Origin: Seison nebaliae
Lineage: Eukaryota
Length of the DNA stretch: 42,649 bases
Assembly: GCA_023231475.1 (NCBI GenBank)
Contig: JALJEE010000266.1
Coordinates: 1-42,649, forward strand
Reading direction: 5' to 3'
Shown here: piece by piece, positions 23,101 through 36,200 of the stretch
How the letters are laid out: each line of letters begins with the position of its first letter
Numbering within the stretch: position 1 is the stretch's first letter
Position numbers and translations under genes: made by a program
The notes under the pieces: generated by a model
Database searches by the model: none
Seen by the model: only the letters and a program-made list of their open reading frames with translations
What the model was told of the DNA's origin: nothing

Positions 23101-24590
23101 TTCTTCCTTCTTCATCAAATGATTATCATAAGTGTTATGATTGTTTCTATTTCGCTTATACTCTGCCTTCTCTCAAAGGTAGAACAGGAGGGAGGATGGT
23201 TAGAAATGATGGGTTCATATAATTCAGTTTGCTATTTCTCTGTCTTCCTTCATTTCGTCTCTTTTTCTATCTTTTATGATCATATTATTCACCTCAATCA
23301 TCATTTCTCGTTGACGTGTATATATATGGATGATCGGTGGGAATTATTTGAAAATAAATAATTTCACCTTATTTTTATTGGTGACATGATGGTGGTTGAT
23401 GTTGGTGTAGAGGAGAAATAAATCGATCGAATTTTTATTATTCGTTATTATTCTTTTTTTTATGAACGCCTCGCATAATTTGTTAGTGAGAATAATATTC
23501 TTGTCGGATCAGAATCGATTGGGAGTAGTACCAGTAGAGTGATGGGAAGGAATTTGAAGGGGAAAAATTAGGGAATTTGATATTGATTACGGTACTTATA
23601 TTGACAATATTGTTGAAAAGAACTAAAGTAAATAAATGAAAAGAAATTTTAATGAATAAATGAAATGTAATATTGATAATGTTCTTCTCTACCATCTACT
23701 TCTTTCCCTACCTGAGTTTGACATGCAATTCCATTGAATATATTAAAATTACCGTCCATTCCACTCATTCGTTGTCGTTCCTTCTCATCATTCGAGGGAA
23801 GATGGAAATTCTTTTCATTCATCTATTTGTTTCCATCTGTAATGAAGTTTAGTGAAGTTAGAATAGAGTTTAGTGAATTCATCAGTTAATCAAAAAATTC
23901 ATTCATAATCTGATTCTTCATTCATGAAATTTCTAATTTCATCTTATCTCTCCAATTGTTTATAAGAAATAATAGTTTATGTGAATTTTAGTAGTCGATA
24001 TTGATGTTTGTGTTTGTCTTTTGACACTCTCCTTTATTCCATTATCAGATTTCATACCAACAATAGTCATTGAAAAAAATGAAGCGAAATTGTCTCGAGT
24101 TTCATTTTTCTTTTTAGTTCGGATGTTTTAATAGATTGTTCTAATTATTCTCCAATTGTATTGTTCATCATACAATTCTTGACTGCTCTCTTACCTTTTT
24201 TTGTTTTTTTTTTTAAAAATTCATTCATCCATTAGAACATTCATCCATGGAACTTTGAGGGAATTTATTGTTGGATATTTTTGCGATGATATTTTTGTTT
24301 TATTTTCGATTATAATTAATCGGATATAATATTTTGTTTAATTATAATTATTTCTTTCAAGCAAATAGATCGTTTGTTGGAGATTGATCGATCTAATATG
24401 TTCGAATAATTATGGGGAGATATTAGTGAAAAAGAGATTTCGAAATAATATCTTTCTCTCATTCTTTGTTATTGTCCCAGTTTGGAGCAGGAATCACTAA
24501 ATTCATCAATTTTGTTAAGACATATTAACATTGCGAAGGTCGAACCTTTTTTGAAATATTTTCGAATTTTGAGGATAAAGTTCTCATATT

Positions 24591-26828
24591 ATGAGTATCA
24601 CTGGTCACCATCAAAATGACGGTGATAACGTTATATGCATTTCACGAATGAAGATGGCAAACGATCACGAACATGGCGATACGAAAGATTTGGGTAAGGA
24701 ACAGAATGGTCGAAAATCATCGAATGGCCGACGAATGGGAAAGAATAAGAATCGACGAAGATTCAATAATTTTCAATCGTCGAATGACAAATCTGAATTT
24801 CATTCTCAAATAGAACCATCATCTTATTCCAAATCCAATTCGAAACATACAAACAAGTTGAGAGGTGATGGAAAGAATTCTGCAATTTCAGTTGTAACAA
24901 CCATGAATGGAACGATGCCGAATCAGAATAGTCACATACTAAATCCGGTAATGATGCGTAATAATTTTGTTCCATCACCATTTGTTTCACCTACACCCAC
25001 AAATCAGTTTTATTATAATCCATATGGTTATCATGCCGGTAGTCATTTTGTACCTATTCAACATCCACCTCCAATTCCTTCCACCACTTCGATTCCACCA
25101 CCAGGACATAATTTACAATTTCCTAGTCAGTCACATAATCTTCTAAGTTATTCATATTCTGCTCCAATTTTCAATGGTCAACAACCGTTCCAGCAACCAA
25201 CTGCCGTTAACATTTCTTATATGGCTCATTCTCCCACTTATCCAGTTGAAATGAATTCTCACACTTTCACTAATGATAATAATAATCAGAGTTTGAATGA
25301 ATTCTCGTTAGAAACTTCACCACTATCATCTGCAATGAAATTTGATGAGAATGGGAGTTATATGAATTTCACCGAGAAATTGAAGAAAGAAGAAACTGAA
25401 GTCAATGAAAGAATCGAGGAATATGATTGTGAAAAAGTTAATTGTGTGGACGAAGGGAAAAAAGGAGATCGAGTTGACAAAATGAATGATAAGTCGTCAA
25501 ACTTCGATATTGATGTTAAAGATGAAAATAATGATATATCTAAAATAGATGACATCACCGAACGTCCTTGTCTCTCTGTTTCTTCTGACACTAGATTGAG
25601 TTCGAGGAAAACGCCTACGGACAACGTAGCGATTGGAAATTGTACAAAAGAGACCGAAATGTTAGTTGAGACAACAAATATTGTAACAACTGCAACAAAA
25701 TCGACTGATGATGAAAATTATGATAATTTGCAAATTATAAACCAATCAAATTTTTCGTCACTTCTCCCATCAACCTCATCTGCAACATCTTCCTTAATCA
25801 ACACTCGGGAGGAATCGTTACCGATTGAAGAAACGATAACTAGCACAAAATCAACCAAATCTTCCACATCAATATCATCATCTTCATCAGTTGATATTAT
25901 TGATTCGAAAAGGAATTCATTAGAATCGATTGAAACGAATCCGATATCTTATTGTAATTATTTACCGAACGATAACACAATATCGGAAACATGTTTGATG
26001 ACATATCCTCCAACATTATATTCGCCCAATGTATATCCAAATGTAACAACTAATCAGATATCACCTAACAATTTCAATTATTATTTCGTTCCACAAGTAG
26101 TATATGATCAGAGTACAACTGTTCAAACACCCACATCCACTATCCAACCACAACCATATGGACTACATTCTTCAATATCGTCAGAAACACAACATCTCCA
26201 ACAATATTATCCAAATCATTTATATTATTCGACAGCTGAGCAACAGACATCGGAATCCCTCTTACTTCCGATGGCACAATCACAAACACCAAATGAAATG
26301 CTTCATGAAGATAATGAAAATATGAGTAATTCCAATTCAACAATTACAACAAATGCTCAAATTATTCAATCACCGACAATGACTATAAATTCGAAAGAGG
26401 TTTCGAAAGCACAAAAGACAACCAGTTCCATGTATATCAAAGACAATGTGATGTATGATGAATCGAATAAGGATTCGGTCGTTTACACTGACCAATTGTT
26501 CCCTGGACAACAATTAATCGATTCGATGTATTCGCAACAACAAAACAAACAGGAGAACGGACATCAACAACAAACGTATTTCCCGATTACGAATGAGAAT
26601 AATTTGGAAAGTCAAACATCAACAAATCCAGTGCCATCTCAATCATATTATTACTTCCCGGATAATATGCCTCGCGTCTTCCCAAACAATTATTACCCGG
26701 CTTATTATTATACTCCTCCTCTTTTCGTCCCAAGTCAACAATATGCAAACAATTTCGAAGAAGTTAGCAATCAGACATCACCAACTGTTATTCCAATCAT
26801 TCCCCAACTGACAGTTCATAACGGTTAA
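24591..26828 (+). CDS. 745-aa low-complexity (S/T/N/Q/P/Y-rich) ORF; either an upstream or alternative coding exon of the FNDC3 locus or a separate gene
   Basis: A 2.2-kb open frame in AT-rich DNA. It ends at AAC G|GTTAAT (26824), a possible phase-1 donor overlapping the stop. Composition resembles the FNDC3 N-terminal exons. Confidence 0.7.
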   Translation: MSITGHHQNDGDNVICISRMKMANDHEHGDTKDLGKEQNGRKSSNGRRMGKNKNRRRFNNFQSSNDKSEFHSQIEPSSYSKSNSKHTNKLRGDGKNSAISVVTTMNGTMPNQNSHILNPVMMRNNFVPSPFVSPTPTNQFYYNPYGYHAGSHFVPIQHPPPIPSTTSIPPPGHNLQFPSQSHNLLSYSYSAPIFNGQQPFQQPTAVNISYMAHSPTYPVEMNSHTFTNDNNNQSLNEFSLETSPLSSAMKFDENGSYMNFTEKLKKEETEVNERIEEYDCEKVNCVDEGKKGDRVDKMNDKSSNFDIDVKDENNDISKIDDITERPCLSVSSDTRLSSRKTPTDNVAIGNCTKETEMLVETTNIVTTATKSTDDENYDNLQIINQSNFSSLLPSTSSATSSLINTREESLPIEETITSTKSTKSSTSISSSSSVDIIDSKRNSLESIETNPISYCNYLPNDNTISETCLMTYPPTLYSPNVYPNVTTNQISPNNFNYYFVPQVVYDQSTTVQTPTSTIQPQPYGLHSSISSETQHLQQYYPNHLYYSTAEQQTSESLLLPMAQSQTPNEMLHEDNENMSNSNSTITTNAQIIQSPTMTINSKEVSKAQKTTSSMYIKDNVMYDESNKDSVVYTDQLFPGQQLIDSMYSQQQNKQENGHQQQTYFPITNENNLESQTSTNPVPSQSYYYFPDNMPRVFPNNYYPAYYYTPPLFVPSQQYANNFEEVSNQTSPTVIPIIPQLTVHNG

Positions 26829-29800
26829 TATCTTTTATCTGTTTTTTTACTATCACCGAATCGGTTATGATTAAATGTTTATTAAACTAACCGTTTACAT
26901 GGGAAATTTCCATTTCATAAAGTTATTTTCGATTTCGTTAGAAATTTTATGAAAAGATCATGATGTAAGCATTACATCCAAATGCTAATCGATTTTATCA
27001 TTTTTTGAAATTTAATTAATATTTTTCTACGGACATTTATTCCACTTCTTTCCCTACCGATGAAATTGCTTATCATTTAATTATCTCATCAGTTAAATCA
27101 TTGTTTACATATCTCATACATAAGCAATATTTTTCATCAATCATTCAATCTATCAATCAAATGATCATTCTTCTGATTTAATTAGAGATATGTCAGTCCG
27201 ATTTTCTTTTATGCCATATTATATTATTAATAATTAATTTTTTCACCATTCCAATATAATTCATAATGAAAAATACTTTGATTACATTTCATTAATTTAA
27301 GAAGTCTGAATTAACCAAACTAGACAGAACAGTATGAATTACCAATGTTGGACTTATTCTAGACATTAATGATGTGCATTTCTCATTATTTTGCTCATCT
27401 GTAAGACATAATAATGTAGTTGTAACGATCTTTATGACGTATGTTTCCGGAAATTCCTGACAATAAGAAACTACTGGATGTTTCGAAAGAATAATGGGAA
27501 AATTTATCATGATTTTAATGATTTTCGTCTATTTACGTTAATGAATGGAAAATGAGAGATATGGTCGAATGAGGGATGTACTGTAAAAACCGAAGTAAAT
27601 GGTGAAAGTTATCAAACCTAGAATATTAAGTGGAAAGTATTATCATATTAAATTTTCTATTATTCAATAAAAGTCTTCTCTTTCTTCCTCGTCTTTCCTA
27701 TTTACATCAGTCGTCATCATTTTATTGAGTAGAATTCACTTCAGTACTCATTCGGTTTTCTCTTTTTCTTCTTTTTAAGTTTTCTTCCATCATCATTTTC
27801 CTTATGCGCTTCTTCTTCTTCTTCACAATTTGACGTTCAACATCTTTTATAGTTTTAATGTTTCTTTAAATTCTTTTACTTCATGTCTCCCGTCATTCCT
27901 ATATTCTTCTTCATATTCTCTATGAGAAGATGTTTGAGAAAAGTACCACTTTAAATTATATGCAAATAATATACTTTCTCTCAAACTTTCTAGTCTTTTT
28001 CATTACTGTAGATGTTACGTGATAATTATGTAACACATAACTTTTCATATTACGATAACTTGTAAAACATTCTCTCATTGTTCTTGATCGATCTTGAATT
28101 AATTCAGTTCAATTTCAGAATTTCACAGTAAAACTTTTGTCGCTCATCTCTGATCAATTGTCCCATTTAAAATTTTTGACAAGTGTGCATAATGTCCCCA
28201 ATTGTACCTCCCACTCAATTTATCTATTATTAATCACCACTGAGGTATACTCTCTCAACCAATGTCTCACGATAATGACTATAGAGATTTTCGTTGAAAA
28301 TGCTTCTTATTCTTTCATCCATGCAAATAATCCATGTAGGCAGTTGACAGAAATAAGCACTAACAATTTCTTTCCTATTAGCTATTTTCTTCCTCTGTTT
28401 TCGAATGTTATAATCATTCATAAGAATGTTCTCTTTCTTCTTGTCCTCTTCGATTTTCTTCCTCTTTTTTTGCTGGTGTTTATACTCCAAAATGCAAATT
28501 ATTCACTTCATCATTGTAGTGTGCATGAATATTTTATGTTTGTAAACATTCTTTCCGAATCTTCTACAGAAACTGTACAAGTCACTCACTTTCTTTTTGG
28601 AGGAGACTTGTCTGAACTACTATTACCTACAAAATTCCCATTTATTCAGTCTGTTATTTCCTATAAAGCACTTTCTCTCCACTTTCTCTTCTTCATCATC
28701 ACCTTATTTACAGTTCAATATTATCGATTATATATATAACGAGGATGAGGATGATGACGATTCAGTTCTTTTTCCTCGGTCTGTCTCCTCTCTGATTTTA
28801 AACGTCATATAAGTAACATTTCTCCAGTTAGAAGGAGTGTTAGGAAGTTGAATAACAAAATTATTTTTAATAAATTCAGAAATAACTGATTTTAAATGTT
28901 TTCTTTCCAATTCGTTTATTCGTTGTGCAATTTGCTCAACTTTTTTTCTAAACCATGGATGTCATGCCTTCTATATTAAGTATAAATAATCTATATCAGT
29001 TGACATCATCTCATTTTTCACAACTATTTTTAACACTCGTTTGACCATTTTATTATTATCTAATCCCGAAAATGTTTTTGTTATTACGTAGGTATCTGCT
29101 AGGCTTAAATGATAATAATACATCGTAAGAAATTCAAATTATTTCTTTGCAATATAAATAGTTGGAATGAGTTATAGAATAATTATTTATATAATATGTT
29201 CTTATTTTCAATCGTAATTGCATAATTTGAAAAGAAAAAGATTTAATTTTTTAATATGACGATTACCTTCAAACTCTTTATTCAGATATTCAATCGACAT
29301 CAAAACATTGAAATGTTTCTTATCAATTTTGATTAAAATTGTTGTATTTTGAAAAAAAATTATTGAAATAATAAAAAAAGGAAGGGAAATAGAGAGAAAG
29401 ACACATAAATTTGATGGAGGACAGGAAGACTGATAAGATTCATTTGTGTATCGACTTCGAATTAATATTCTTCTATTTTTTTATGTATATCATGAGAACG
29501 ACATATCGCTAGAAAGTTGGGAAACCTTGAGAATCTTGCTAAACATCGTAGGTGGTCAGTTTCATCCTTGCCCCTACATATATCTGTTTTATATGATTAT
29601 TATATCTTATAATTTGTATAAGTATGTGTTTGAAGAAATAAAGATAACGACCTTCCTGATAGGAAGATGATTTATTTTATTTCATGACCAAAAATACGAA
29701 CAATGTGTGGGCGATAAGAATATTGGGAAATCTGATTGATACATTATTGGTGGACATACATGTATGTGTCACCGAATAAAGTCGTATTAAAACGAAGAAA

Positions 29801-30255
29801 TATATTCGGCTATTAGATGATATTGTTCGAAATGAAAGAAAGCGCACAATAAAATACTGATGTTTTTTTTGCTTTGTTTATTATTGAATTGTCCTTCCCG
29901 TTTGTTGGACGTGACAATTTCAAATATATATTCCGTTGGAATTCAATAAGAAGAGTAAGAATATTGAAAAATATTAGGGAGAGTTGAGTAATCAACAATT
30001 GTTGCCTATTGCCGTTGTTTGAAATATGAATGATTGAAAACTTTTGATGAAATTGTGAAAATTAATTAAAATCAACCATTTTTCCATCATCTCTTCTACT
30101 TCTTCATTCGTTATATCTGTTTGCTAAATATCTTATTTTCGGAACGTATTTAAAAGAAAGTTAGAAAGATAATTAGTTCATTTGTTTTATGGGCGAAAAA
30201 AACTGTGAATTGTCTTACCTAAAACTTCAGTTGGATCGACGAGTAAAAAAATCCG

Positions 30256-33200
30256 ATGCATGGAAGGGAAAATTCGGAAAATTGGATGGAAGATAATGGG
30301 AAGAGTTCGCATTGCCGATATAAGAAGAATATTTCTAACATATCATCATCACCATCATCAACTACATTCGTTAAATCGAATGTAAATGCGCTAACTAGAA
30401 CTTCATCTGAAATCCATTCATCAATTCCAGAAACTTCGATTTTATCTTATTCGACTCATCCATTAACGAACACAACATCATTCAAATCGACTATGATGTT
30501 GAAAGGAACAATATCCGATGGTGTTTCTTCTCATCATTCTAATGATGAAAGACAAAATAAAAATCGTTCTCAGAGACCCTTTAATCAACTACCGACAACT
30601 AAAGTGAAATATTTCCGAGATCTATTACGACAAAGATCTACTACTAATAATGAAATCAACAGCAATACGCATAATAGTAATAGTAATAGTAGTGTTAGTG
30701 GTGGAACGAATGAACATCCATACTCATTAGCTAAGACGACTTCATTAAATTTCCATAATCAAAATAATAAAATGAATATGAATATGGAGAAGCAGAATGT
30801 GGAGCAATCGACCTACGATGTCACATTTATACACATTGCACCAAATGCATCATTCCAATATTTTGATGGTGGGAAAGTGACTTCGATTAAAGGGCCCAAA
30901 ACATTAAAATTGGGATCGTGCGATGTACCGGTGAATGAGAATGGTTATTGTGATTCAATGGACAACATTCATTGTTATGACAACGAACAACAATATCATC
31001 AGAATGATCAAAATAGAAATAGTCTAACTAAAACGAAATCGTTGAATGTGGTGGATCCGAAGAATGAGAACGTTCAATTCATTCCTCGTATTCAACATAT
31101 CATCATTGACGAATTAGATGATAATGTTAATGGATATTCTGTAACTTCCAAATATATTAGTGATAATACTCTGCCATATGTGAAGAATAATGCATCATAT
31201 GATGTCGGCTATTTGGGAACATACGACCGACAAAAGAAACCGGTGAGGAAAGCGTTGTCGAATAAAGTGAAATGTCTCAATCAAACGAAAAGTAATAATC
31301 AATATAATCGACCGAAACGTTCATACACTCAATCGTTTAGTGATCAGAATGATCAATGGATGTTAGGAATGAATCCAATCGAACATATTGGAAATCATCA
31401 ATTCTATTCGATGAGCGAATTACAAAAATTATTAGAGAATTCAAATTCTGACCTTCAATTATCGTCCTCAACCGTTACCACGACAAAAACTACAACAGTT
31501 GCTGATCGATTTGTACAGAGTACTGGTAGTCTCACTAGTCAAAATGAGATTGTGAATTGTTCAAATTCCTCCACAATATCCTCTATCAAATCTTCGACGA
31601 ATAATAATATTCCTGATCAATATTATTCGTCTTATCACCATTATCATCCTCCCACTCATCATAATTATCAACATCATCATCAATACAATCAATCCACTCA
31701 ATCACATGATCATCATCATCATCATCACCAACATCATCATAACAATGATCATCATCTGAATAATCGACATCAATATCAACAACAATCAAGGAGAAAATAT
31801 AATCAATATTCACATTACAATAACAGTAATAATAATAATAATAACGTCAGCACAAATAATAACAATCATGGAGAGAATGGTAAGATTGGACTGAAAAGAC
31901 CAAAACAAGCCACGTTCGTTTCAACACCGGCATCTTCAATTTTGACATCTGGTGTCGATGTTGAGTCTCCTATATCATTCCATTCTATCACTTCCGAAAT
32001 GACGAATTGTAGCGACGTTGAAGATGATGAAATAGAAGGTAGTGATATTCAATTTGTAAGAATATTTGGTTTCAATCATTTCTTCTTCATCTTTACTCCA
32101 CATGTGAATTCTGGTGTCTTTTCTCTCATTCTTTTCCATCTTCTTCTTTGGTCTTCTTTCCACTATATAGTCAAGTTTTCTCTCTTTCTACAATTCAACT
32201 TTTGTCGTTCGTAAATATCGAGAAGCTTAAGGATTTGTGAATAAGTGGAAAATAAGTTTCTTTCTTCGAAGAAAATTTTAAAATTTTATTTGTCCTACTG
32301 AAATCTACCTTCGTTTTATTCATCTTTCCTTCCTTCCTTCCTTTCCTACTGGTATGTTGACTTGACATATTTGCTAAATCTTCTTCTGATATTATTCTTC
32401 TTTTCTTTTTTTCAATGAAAATTTTTTTATTCTTAAACAATTTGTTTTAAGAAAATTTCTTCATTTCCTCAAATTCAAAATTATCTAAAACTTTCTTCTT
32501 TTTTTCAGATAATCAACTATCAAATCAAACTGTTCTCCCAAATAAGTTGAATCAACCCACAAATTACACAAATTCCACTCACGATACATCACCGAATGTT
32601 TTGGAAAAGAATCAACAAACAGACCAACTCGATCGAGCATTATCATCAAACGCTCCCATCGCATTAAGCACATCAGTGGAAACATTAGCAAGTTCGAAAG
32701 ATCTCCCAATCACAAAGAGTAATGTCAATGCTTCTAATTCGATGACTCCCACATCAACAACTTCTTCATCGTCTACAACCATCATTTCATCACCTACGGA
32801 TAATAATATGGATGAAAATAATAATATGATGCATTATTTCCATCATACAGTCCCTAGCGATTCAACTCAACTCAATAATGTTTATTCGAATTGTAATTTG
32901 GGTGATTCAGTTTTTTACGTTTCTTCCCAAGCTCAAATGGATTCGATGAACGATCAACAATTACCTTCTATAGAGAATGGAAGTGAAGAGTTGGCTGTTC
33001 CAATGTACATTCCTGAATATCCTCCTATTATGGATCATAATGCACTTCAATATCCATCGAATTATTGTCCAGGTCAGTTTAAATATTTTCTCTTTTAAAT
33101 TCTGAAATATGTCGCTTATAATATGTCATTTCTATCTTATAATTCTATTGGAAAGTTATCTTTTTAATTTTAGTTGAATTAGAATTTTCATACAGTTCTT

Positions 33201-36200
33201 ACAAATTCATCGTTAAATTAGTCAAAGGCACATTGTTGATTTTATGGAATTTGATGATGACGTGTCAGTGACGTATATTTAAAAAAATTTAAGCTTTAAT
33301 TTATTTAGAAGATGAATATTTTTTTTATTATTTCGAGAATAAAATAAGAAGAAGAATACATAAGATATAAGAAATAAAGAGAAAGTAATGAGAAAAAAGT
33401 GATTTAATTAAATGAAGTTCAGACAATAAAAGAGAAAAGAAGAAATAAGAATAATTTTCAATTCGATTCAATAATAAATTCATATTTTCTTCTTTTGTTC
33501 AATTAAATGTTTGGTGGTTAATTTTTGTAGATATGACCACGATGTACAATCATGAATTAATGGAATATGTTAAGTCTCTATCGAACGATGAAAGAAACGA
33601 GTTGACGAGATCGTTGAATGATGTGAAGGATATTCATATCGATGAAATAACATCGGTATCCGTTCGTTTTTGGTTGCCACTTCCCAACATTTCAACTGAG
33701 TCGCTGACAATTTTAAAGAAGATTTATGAGCAATCTGGAAATAATTCGGATGTTCCTGAGAATGATATTATTAGGAATCTTGTTCAATATCGAATTAATG
33801 TTTGGGAAATTCCATCGGTTGATGCCGAACTCGCTCTCCTTTATCAGAAGAAAAGATTCATGTTAAAAGAGGAGAAGAATGAAAAAGAAGAAGAAATGTT
33901 GTTCAATTATATTATGAATTCAACAAATACGAATTCATCAAAGAATTATGTTCATCATTCGACTACATTCTCCAACAATTCTACACAAATTAGAAAAAAA
34001 GAGTTGAAAGAATTGATAGATGAATTTGAAGGAGAAACATCTACGAGTCAATTGAATGAGAAAATAAAAAAATTGACACGTGACAACTTTCCAATTCACG
34101 CCAATTTCTTCGAACATTATTTGAGTGGTAAAACGATTTCCGTTTGTCTCAAAGATTTTCAACCATTTACTTCTTATTTTGCAAGAATAACAATCGCAAT
34201 ACCCGAAATTGGAATTCTTCATGTTCAAAATTATTTCCAAACAATTTCTTTCTTCATGACACTTCCCACGATACCTTCGATGCCATCACATGTTTATACG
34301 TCATCATCGTTGAATATGCCACAATGTTTAACTAATCGCAATTTGTCATCCAGTGTAACTTTAGGTGAAGTGAATGTTATTACACCAACATCTCCTTCCC
34401 GGACGAATGGAATCGATTCGGATAATGATAAATCAGCAAGTTGTTTAACGACGAATACGAATGAAATTGAAACACAACCAAAACAGCAAGCACAATCACC
34501 GAGATGTTCTGAGAAGAATGATGAATTAATTCCATCGAATGAAATGGAACAATATCATGTGCCTACCAATTCTCTCCATAGTATCCTGACGAGTTTGCGG
34601 AGTAATGCAGAAAATTTATTATATTTGTGTTATACGTCGACTCCTCTCCAGATCGTTTGGGATATTATTAAACATACAAAAGATTTTACTTCTCCAGATT
34701 CGTTGAAGACATTACATGTCAATCCGAGAGATGATGTTTTAGAGAAAAGTAATTCTCGTAATTCAATTAATGTTCGATGGACAGCTACATTACATGATAA
34801 TGGTTCGAAAATTGAATATTATCAATTGGAATATTGTACTCAGAAATCATTCATTTCTGCTTTTATCAAATATTGTCAACGATTAATGAAAAGAGAAGGC
34901 GCAAGTGTTTATCAAGATTTGGAAGATTTGAAAGTGGATTTCCTAAAATCATTGAACAAAGACTTATGGCAAGTTGTCGATTGTAATACAAAAAGATCAT
35001 GGCAAATTACTAATTTATTAGCAGATACAGTTTATATTATTCGAGTGAAATGTAAAAACTTTTATGGACACAGTGAATACAGTTGGCCACTCTATTGTTC
35101 AACTGCCCCACCTTTGCCGAAAGTTCCCGGACCAATCGAAATTCAATCAGTGACTATGACAGAAATATCGTTGTGTTGGGAACGAGACGATTATTGTGAT
35201 GTGGTCCAATTTGAATTACAAGTGAAAGACGAGTCATCAGGACATGGATTCATTTTTGCATATACCGGCGAAAATAATGAAAATATCGTAAAGAATTTGA
35301 GAAGAAATTCTCCGTACGAATTCCGTTTACGAGCAAGATCATTAGGTGGAACGAGTGAGTGGAGTGAAACGATGAAAATTTTTACACAACCAGATGCTCC
35401 TGACGCTCCCAAAGTTCAAAAACATAAATTGAGAAATTATACTTTGACGCACACGAATTTGAATCAATTGTGTGATGAAAGTTTCTATTCGTATTCAGCC
35501 GAATTATTTTGGAATGCACCAAATGACACGGGTGGATTACCAGTTGATAAATATATGGTAGAAATACGAAAGAAAGATGATCGTCGTTGGAATATGGTGT
35601 ATGATGGAAAGGAGAAAAATTGTGTATTAAATTCATTAATTCCGAGTAGCACATATGAAATTCGAATGAGTTGTACGAACGAACGTGGATGGAAAAGTAA
35701 TTGGTCTGAACCGACATATCAATTGAAGACGAAAGCATCACCTCCATCACCACCATCTCCTGGATTTATTAATCGTGAATTATATCGACGTCTTGGATTA
35801 CCAATTCCTCAATGTCGTACGAGTGATAATTCGAATGGTAATAATGAATGTAATACGATCGATCTTCATAATGATTGTGTTCATATCAAATGGTTAAAAA
35901 GTAAATTCAATGGAGGACAAGATGGACAAATGTTTATGGTCGTTCAAGAATCAATAGGAGAAGAATCGAATGATATTAATCGATATAAAATATGGAAAGA
36001 ATATCAGAAGAAATGTAATGATTCTTCTCAATTCTTTCAAATAGTTTATAAAGGAAAAGAGAATTTTTGTTCGATTCAAAATCTCCTCCCAAATCAACAT
36101 TATCTCTTCCGTATAAGTGCATCAAATGATTTTGGTAATTCTTATTTTAGTCTTCCATTACGTGTCAACACATTACCATTCGCACCAGATCCGCCCGTTG

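Noticed and set aside
21024..23695. Cluster of short hydrophobic ORFs (21024, 21947, 22373, 22698, 22950, 23098, 23483)
   Set aside because: Mostly non-ATG starts, low-complexity T-rich composition, and no domains or consistent splice structure. Likely UTR/intron of the downstream locus.
28137..28739. 200-aa open frame and its antisense K/E-rich ORF as a nested gene
   Set aside because: TTG start, pyrimidine-rich strand bias that suppresses stops, and no recognisable motifs. The antisense frame is interrupted by stops. It cannot be fully excluded without RNA data.
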